The notes beneath the pieces were generated by a model. That model was not told the origin of the DNA. It searched no databases and saw nothing but the letters and a program-made list of their open reading frames with translations. 64,000 nt of DNA, from positions 39,060,001-39,124,000 of the forward strand of contig OZ320323.1 of NCBI GenBank assembly GCA_976226885.1, in the 5' to 3' direction. The translations under genes were made by a program, and so were the position numbers. Positions 29,201 to 38,200 of the stretch are shown in pieces. This DNA comes from Iphione sp. A-MEVVRFRX5. Its lineage: Eukaryota. The first letter of the stretch is position 1. The number at the start of each line of letters is the position of its first letter.

Positions 29201-32200
29201 CAATCCCAACGGAAATTATCTGAGTTGGATCGTAAGTGCAAAATGGTTGATCTGGACTTAATTAGACTCGAGATTAACGACAGATGTAGACGACTAGTGA
29301 TCGAGGGTGCACCTACGAAGGACCACAACGCAATGAGACATTACGTAAACAAGTTAGTTTGGGAAGTGGCCAAGATCAAAGGCACGGAGGTTGAAGACAT
29401 CAAGGTTTTCAATGCTGCCAAGGAAACCTGCAGGGTGGGCGTGCTCCTTACTTCTATAGAAGCGAGGAATTTGATTCTCAAAGGCAAGTCTACATTGGCT
29501 AAACGTGAGCAGTACAAACATGTATTTATTAAGGAAGATCTACCAACTAGTGCACTGAGTCTTAACAGTCGGCAACAGAGGCTAGCGGCTAAGGCGCGCG
29601 AAAACGGTAAGCGCGCGATTGTCAAGGGACTTGACCTAATTGTGGAAGGTGAAAAATTCACTCCGCTGGACGAGGAATTTCTTCCTGACTATCTCATGCA
29701 TGAAAATGCCCATGTGTGCACAACGGATGATGAGGTGCGTTTTGATATTGATCATAAATTTTTCTCTATGATGTCGTCAAATCCGACTATTGTTCACGGT
29801 AAACAATTTGGTTCTCCAGAATTAGCGTTTCAATTTTCGAAATCGCGCATGCTCAACGACACGAAAGCTCAACGGGAGATCTGCCGAGCTAAATCGAGTG
29901 AAGACGGTCGTAAAATTGGAAGTTTGATCAAGGACTCAGAAGAATGGGCATCAAATTCCGAGGTAATACTTGAGGAAACCATGTGGGGAATGATTTCAGC
30001 TAATCAGGAGGCCCAATCAATGTTGTTGCAGACTGGTAACAGAGAAATCATCTACGATAACCGAGATACGACACTCGGTAGCGGTTGTGCCCAGCTGAAT
30101 GTAAACAAAACTGTAATTGATCATTCACAAAGTGGGGAGAACAGGCTGGGTAAGGTATTAATGAAGATTCGGGAGAATTTACGTCTAAGATGACTGTAGA
30201 ACTCCAGCAATTACACCAATCGAACTCATTTTTCGACATATTTATTCTGGTGTACTTTATTCGCTGTTCTTTTCATACACAGCGACAGTGTTGAGACATC
30301 CAAGGTCGGGGTCCGTGTCACATCAGACTCGTATATTGATATTTGTCGACACAAGAACAAAGATGTCAGTTGATAGGCTGAAGGATGTGGTGCATACTCT
30401 ACCACCAACAGTCATTCACATCATATACATGAGGAGATGCTCGTACAGGCGGATCGTGCGCTGGCTACAGTATACGGAAACTCGCCGCTACCACCTTGTC
30501 ATGACGGCGATTGGTATGTACGACTGGGTCCGTCGCGAAACGGGGCAATGGGCAGTCACTACAGGCAGCCCAAGCGAATATTCTGCCCGGCAGGATTGGT
30601 GTTTCAAAAGGATCCGGCAGCTCGTAGAGGAGAGAGATGGGGCATCGACAAAGTTGATTCACGCCTGTGCTTCGAGTATCGACATTCACGCAATGGAGCT
30701 GGACATTTTGGACCATGAGGAGGAACAAGCGAAGATTGATGCTGCAGTGGTCATTCACAACTTCTCTTGTGAGTGGTCAAGTGCCAGGCACGGCATGGAC
30801 ACCTGCATGCTGGATTGGCCGATTTCCAGGCTGACTGCTGGGAACATCGTCAATGATTTTACTAGAGTGAATTCGGATGGATTCACTCCGACTGACGCAA
30901 CTCAGCCTGAATGGACTCATATGGTGCTACGGTTTCTTAGGGAGTTCATCAGAGAATATGGACATCAACATATCTGTTAACTCAAACATGCTGCGCTCTT
31001 GCTGTCGTTTTTTGCTATGTGTAGAGTCTGCTGAATTATCAGCCTATGCGTTATAGGGTATGCAAGTACCAAACAATTGTCCTAACTTCGGCCAACAATG
31101 TACATTACCGTGATTGGAGCTCAAGATATGTGCATTTCACGACTCTTTGGATATATTTGCCGTATTATCTGTATTAGTATCACTAGTGTAATCAGGGTCA
31201 GAGAGTGTTTGTATTGTGCATATCACGACTTTTTGGCTATATTTGCCGTATTATCGGTATTTGCATCCTTAGTGTATACGGGGTCTGAGAGTGTTTATAT
31301 CCCTGGAGACGCATTTACATGTGCTTGTCTCATACAGTGACTGGGAGTGTTTGTATCGTGCATTTCATGACTTTTTGCTACATTTGCCGTATTACCTGTA
31401 TTTGCATCATTGGTGTAAACTGGGTCTGAGAGTGTTATATCCCAGGAGACGCATTTACTAGTGCTTGTTTCATACAGAGACTGAGGGGCTTGTTCTTGCA
31501 CAAATCAATTTATGCGCCTTCCACACAAAATCCTTATTTATCACTGTGTTGTAATCATACAACTGTTTCCTCATATATAGTTGTCCACGCTTCAACGTTA
31601 CTAGTAGTAAGTCAACCGTATGCCGACGTTACTAGTAGTAAGTGAACCATATGCTGGATCGTTTATCCGGGAGAGCACAAGGGTATTGAATCGTACATTG
31701 AATCTTATATTGAATCATTTATTCCATCCTTTTTCATCCTTTCGCGCGCTACCAATTCTGACCATGAAGGGTATTAGGTTGTTAACTTGGAATGTTAGAA
31801 GCCTATCCAACAAAATTTCTGAAGTGTCTGATTTGCTTCATGCAGAATCTATCTCTATAGCATGTATTACCGAGTCGTGGCTAACTGACAATCACAATGA
31901 TGCAGAGGTCGACATCCCAGGTTTCAACATAATTCGGGCCGACAGGGTTCTGGGTAGAAAGAAGAGGGGGGGTGGGCTATTGATCTATGTCAAGGACAAT
32001 TTTTCTGTCCTATCAATAACGAAGCTGTCATTTGAAACTAGTGCCTGTGAATTCCTTGGAGTTGTCGTAAAGATGGGCAACCACCGGCCGCTGGAATTGC
32101 TCGTTCTGTACAGGCCCCCGGAGGATAAAATAAATTCTTCTCTTGCGGCAATCAACGCAGCATGTAGCAGCTTCTTCAGTAGGAAGAGACGGGATAGGAT

Positions 32201-35200
32201 TATAACGGGTGATTTTAACTTTGACTATCATGGGTGTGGCAGGGCGGGCACCGCTATCACTAACCTCCTATCTGGTAGGGGATTTACACAGTTAATATCA
32301 CGTTCGAGTATGCTAGACTCGAACCGTCTGCTCGATCAAATTTGGTGTGATTTTTCTGGATGCTGGGAGCTAGACCTTCTCATGGGATTTGTGAGTGACC
32401 ACTTGCCAGTAGGGATAAGAATTAAAAAAGGGACATCAGCTAAAGTAGTAGAAAAGAAAACAATCCGCAAATGGGATGGGGTCAATGTAAACGAGGTCCA
32501 TAAGAAATTGCAGGATGCGGGCTTGTTGGAGACCTCGGGGAACCATGAAAAGGTATGGGATGATCTGATAACGTTCACTCAGAAGGAGTTGGAAGAATGT
32601 TGTCGGCGGAAAGAGGTGACTAGGAGGAGGGACAGGGATGGTTTTTCCCCATCTTTGGCCCTGAAGGAAATATGCAAAGACAGAGCCCATTTCTTCAGGA
32701 AATGGAAGACCGACTCATGTACAGACAGTAGGAATATATTCAAGTTTCTCAGTAAGAAAATTAATTCCATAGTCAGACGGGAGAAGAAGGAATATTGGTG
32801 TAACAAACTAAGGGAGGTAAAGGGTTCTCAAGCAGGAAGCTGGGGTGTAGTGAACAAGCTGCTCGGCCGCAGTCAAAAGAGGGAGACACTGCCTGATGAG
32901 ATTACGGGTGTATCTAACAACACTCCTGACCCAGTCACTCGCAATCCCAAAAATCTGGCAACCAGCTTTAATGATTTCTTCTATGACAAAGTTCGGACAC
33001 TATGTCAGAGTGCTCCGAATTGTAGGGAGAATGATTTCTTGCCATCCAGTGGCAGGTATGACCTCACTCCTCCCACCCCATCTGAGGTTGCGTCAATAAT
33101 AGCAAAGGTGAAAATCATAAAACCTTTGGGTATTGATGGTGTTCCAACCAGAGTCTTAAAGCCGTTGATGCTAATGATACCAGAGGTACTTTCTTGGATT
33201 TTCTCTGAGATTCTCCGCACTGGGAGTTATCCACGTAGCTGGAAAGTGGCTCGGGTGACGCCAGTGATTAAGAAAGGTGACAAAACTGATCTGGGAAATT
33301 ATAGGCCAGTCTCCATCCTGCCTCTTCCGAAACATGGTTCACTTCGCAAATAATGCAAATAGTCGAGCGGGATAAACTTCTGTCTGATGCGCAGCATGGG
33401 TTTCGAAGAGGCAGGAGCACGGAGACGGCATATGTGAAGCTAATCAATGACATCATGTCTAGCCTCAATCAAGGAGTGTATAGTTGTCTTGTCACATTCG
33501 ACCTAACGAAGGCGTTCGACCTTGTGCCCCACTATAGTGTACTGGCCGCTCTCCATTCTCTTGGTTTTGGCAGAAAAACCGTCAACCTTGTAAAGGGTTA
33601 CCTGGAAGGAAGATCACAGTTTGTCAGATGCAAGGGGGTGGATTCAAATCAACTGGCACTCAAGCAAGGCGTTCCGCAAGGATCCGTCTTTGGTCCGAGT
33701 GCTTTTCTGCTTGTCATTGATTCATTGGCTAAGCAGCTACCACCTGGAGCGCACCCGGTCCTATATGCCGATGACCTGAGTATTCTAATGACTGCGAGGG
33801 ACCTACTCATGCTAAGGGGTACTACTATGAGAGCGATAGCAGCAGTACACTCATGGTGCAAGGCTAACGGCTTTGTCTTAAGCGAAAAGAAATGCTGCTA
33901 CAACATGCTGGGTCGTGCTGCTGGTATACCGCTAGACCTATCACTGAACGGTGAAAGCCTTGACATGCATGACCCAATCAAATTTCTAGGGTACCGTATC
34001 CAGGGAAATCTCCGGGCTAAATCAACTATTGCTAGAGTGGTCTGTAAGATGTGGGGTGCCTCTAAGAAAATCTCTAGGGTGAAGAGATATCTGCCTAGCC
34101 ATGTACGCAGTCAGTTATTCAACTGTCTGGTAGTATCGCATCTGAAATACCATCTTGCAGCACTGTATGGCATCAGTAAGGCAGAGAGGGTAAATCTTCA
34201 AATTCAGGTGAATCGTTGTGCGCGAGCTAGTATCCAATGTGGCTCCTTTCTCTCTGCGAGAAAGTTACAAGACAACTTTGGTGTTCCAAGGGTTGATGAC
34301 CTAATTCAAGAATGGGGATTAAACGCTATTAACCGCGAGATAAACCTGAAACTGCTACCTGCAGACTCTCTCACTAAGACTCGAAGGGGTAAATTACCAC
34401 GAGCAACACTGTCCAAACCTCGAAGTAACCTCTATCTGAAGTCTTTGCGCTATCATGGCGTCAACGCTTGGAACTCATTACCCCCTGACCAAAGAGCTTC
34501 GAAACGTATCATACTGAGGCATTAAGCGAGAGTGTGTTATCGTTGTGGTCGTCTGCAAGTGTTTAACCATGTAATGCTATTCCATCCATGATCTGTATTC
34601 TCATGTTTCTCCTGTCAGTTGCCTACGAAACTATCTGATACTATAATGTGATACATAACCCACAGAGGGGTACTTCTGGTTCTTTCATGACTATAGTTTT
34701 GTGCTTGTTACATTGTATTGATATTTGTCCATAATTGCCCCCACTGCTTATCTGTATACAGTCGAACCAAGATCAGTATTTATCTCTTTCAACCACTTTA
34801 TTCAGATTAATTACATCAATTGCTTGAAATCTGTGATACTTAATTAGGAGACATCTAACGTAACCATCCCAGCACAGTGGATTAACAATGTATGTACTTG
34901 AAGTTTCAACATACCTGTCATTTATCATTAGGTTGTGCCTCAGCTCAACAGAACTCCCTGTGTATGCCAATAACCCATGTGTATGCTGATGTTCACCCAT
35001 GACAGTCTTATAGACATCCAGTCGTTTAATTGTGATACACTCAAGTCAACACTTCCAAACATGCTACTACCTGTATATATCTGCGTCTTGTACCCCTGCA
35101 TAATGCTGTAAAATGTGATACTTCTTTTCTCGAATTTATCGTTTACATGTTTATTCCTGTTATTAATTATCATGCCTTTTGTTCTATAGGGATAAGTCTC

Positions 35201-38200
35201 TGAAATCTCTGTAACTCATTTATAGAGAAGACAAATAAAATCTTGAATCTTGAATCTTGAATCTTATCTCTACGTAGTCTCTTCCACAGACTCTGCATTT
35301 TCTTATAATCATAATAGGTTTCATCAGCACTGAGATTATACCAGATTTTCTGAAATTTATAGATAGCTGATATTTTTGTTGATTCCTTTTTAGGTCGTAT
35401 TTGCGGTATGGGTCTCTTTTTCTGAAGCCTGGTTTGTGTCGAGCCAGAGTATTCTTCAGTCTCATTTAAGCCATAGTAACAATATCCCAATCGCAAAATT
35501 ACTGAATTCCGAATAGCTGCCATTTCTTCCTTGGTGCTCTAGACGGAGGTTCCCTTGGACTATAACCAATTCTATAGACAAGCCTTCTTAGACTAACCAT
35601 CTTCTTATACCACGGACTTTTCTCATTTAGTAACAAGAAAGAGCCATAATCCAGAATTGGTAGAATCATTGATCTAATAATTATTTGGGCATAGTACTGA
35701 TTGATTAGAGTCCTTATGCATTTAAATTGCTTTACCTTATGATAACCTTTCTTCAATAAGTCCCTGATCTGGCTATCCCAGTTTAGGTTAGTAGTAATTG
35801 TGACTCCCAGGTACTTAAATGATGTAACCTGCTCTATTGCTACATCATTCAAGCACACTTGAAAGTTTACCTTTTTCTTACCATAACTGAATGGCATAGC
35901 CTTTGTCTTCTTTAAATTTATTAATATTCTGTTCTTAATAGACCACTGATTTAACAATTCTAAGTCAAGTTGCAAACTGTTTATGGCTTCTTGCCAGGTG
36001 TCACCCACTGATACAATGGCAACATCATCAGCATATAGAAAACAACGTGACCTTTGAAATTCATCAGGCAGATCATTAATAAAGATCAGAAACAACAATG
36101 GACCTAGCAGAGAACCTTGTGGAACACCACAGCTAATCCTGTTTAATTCACTAAACTTAGTATCTACTTTAGTTTTTTGCCACCGATGATCCAAATAGGC
36201 TGTCATTAATGGTATAATTTCTTCTGCCCCAATATTGTGTAACTTTTTTAATATTATTGAGTGGCTCACTGAATCAAACGCCTTAGAGAAGTCAATAAAA
36301 CAGCTCATAGCCTTCTTATTGTCATTAAAGATACTAGTTATATAGGTTGTCATTGAAAATATTGCTGACTCAGTACCCCTGCCACTCCTAAAACCAAATT
36401 GATCATGCGACAGCGTTATTGGTCTTATCTTGGTGAATAACTTGGTTTTGCATTTCCCCAACTTTTATTGATGATCTTGGTGTTGTGAACGGCTTAACTA
36501 TCATTATTGATAAATTGAAGGACTATTATGTTAATGTGGTGAAGGATAGCCTTTGTGAAGTAGGAGGGGACAGATTAATCGTTGGTAACATATAGTCACT
36601 GTACATTTAAGAATGGGTATGCCACCATTTACTGTAAAAGAATGGTGTAATACCCTAGCTGATCTCCGAAATAACAAAACGTCCAATTTTCTAGGGGTGC
36701 CCATGAGATTATTTAAGAAATTGTTTTCTATGAACTTTTACTATTACATAACCGAAGTTTATGTAACAGTAAACTGCTGCAGCAAATGGCTGGGTGCTGA
36801 TATCGTGCTGGTATACAAAGGTAAATGGAAGCAGGAATTTAAAAATTTTAGACCAATCAGTCATCTGTCTCCTGATGTTATAGTTATTGAACACATGGTT
36901 GATAATGGAATACATTTATATTTAGAGGGTGTTAACAAATTAAGTGATTTACAGTATGATTTGCCTATGGTTATAGGGACAGCAATCTGCTTGAAGGGTT
37001 CATCAGTTATTTAATCAAAGGCAACACGTGTCCCTGTGTTTTATCAATTTTCCCAAGGCCTTTAACTTGGTAAATCATGATATTTTTTTGTAAAATCAAT
37101 TTCGACCTTGGAAACATATCAGTAACATGTTTCTGCCTATTTAAGCAGTCATACACAAAAGGTGAGGATAATTAAAGTGGAACCTCTCTACTACAGACAA
37201 AAAGGATTGACCAAATACTGTCCGTAAAGAGGAGTGTCATTTATAGCATGAGTATTTAAACATGAATAGATTTGGTTCTGTTTCCAACATATACATAATG
37301 TGAGGTGTCCTTTATAGAGGGTGTCCTTAGTAGAGGGGTTGGTGTTTCCCAAGGATGACTCCTCAGGCTAACTGTTTTTGATTTTTATTAATGACCGACA
37401 CTTATGCATCATTGGTCCTGATTGCCTTCTATACATGGATGATGCGGTTTGTATTAACATTAACTTTTCCTGTAATTGATTAGGGCAATTAAATGCTCAC
37501 AATTAAACTACAGGAAAGTCTTAATTTCTGACCACATCAATTTCCGACCAAACTTGCCATTCCGACCATTTGTCTCTGGAACGGAAATATTCTCAATACA
37601 TTTCCTATATGTTTGACTATCGATTTCTGACCATATTGATTTCCGACCATTTTTGCCATCTGACCACTCATCTTAGGGTCATTTTCTGTATATTTTACTA
37701 TTGATTTCCGACCTCACACCCTGGAGGGGGTGCCGGGAGAGGTCGGCAGTGTCAACTGCGACCTCTCTGATGTGAGCCTCACACCCTGGAGGAGCTGGTC
37801 GGGAGAGGCCGGGGGTGACAATGGCGACCTCTCTGATGTCTCTCACACCATGGAGGGACTATCTCACACCTCTTTAGTTATCAAATTCAGCACTTTTTGG
37901 ACTTTTAGTCATCAAATTCAGCACTTTTTGGACTTAAAGTCATCAAATTCAGCACTTTTTGGATGTTTCAGAGATTATACACATGCAAGTAGAGAGAGAG
38001 GGAGAAAGGGATATTGCTTCCAACCCAGACCCAGATGTTGGATTACTCAGTATGCTTTTTCACAAGATAGTGCTCCTGGTATTAGTATGATTTATGGGGG
38101 GGTCACAGAAGAAGGAATTAAGGGCGACACCTAGAAAGGTTATAATTATTCCAGACACACTAAGGAGGAAGAAATTCATGTTGTCAACCTATTACTGCTC

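Larger units (their letters stand above)
28685..35265 (+). mobile_element. LINE A: near full-length CR1/L2-group non-LTR retrotransposon with three ORFs
   Basis: 5' ATGGC...AGACGTG motif, ORF1 (coiled coil/RRM/CTD/NADAR), SGNH-like ORF, spacer, APE-RT ORF2, about 740-nt 3' UTR, terminal hairpin, AATAAA (35234) and (ATCTTGA)3 tail. No TSD found; 5' boundary approximate. Confidence 0.85.

Noticed and set aside
31130-31500. CRISPR-like array
   Set aside because: Eukaryotic context, degenerate tandem units without unique spacers, no cas genes.
29341-33861. Minus-strand ORFs over LINE A as an antisense gene (ORF0-like)
   Set aside because: Short shadows of the plus-strand coding frames with no motifs.
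28660-35290. Target-site duplication around LINE A
   Set aside because: No matching direct repeat found at the two ends by eye.
35270-37180. Twin-priming inversion of a single LINE (minus 35270-36461, plus 36500-37180)
   Set aside because: Both pieces cover overlapping parts of the RT domain and differ in sequence and decay, so they are separate copies.
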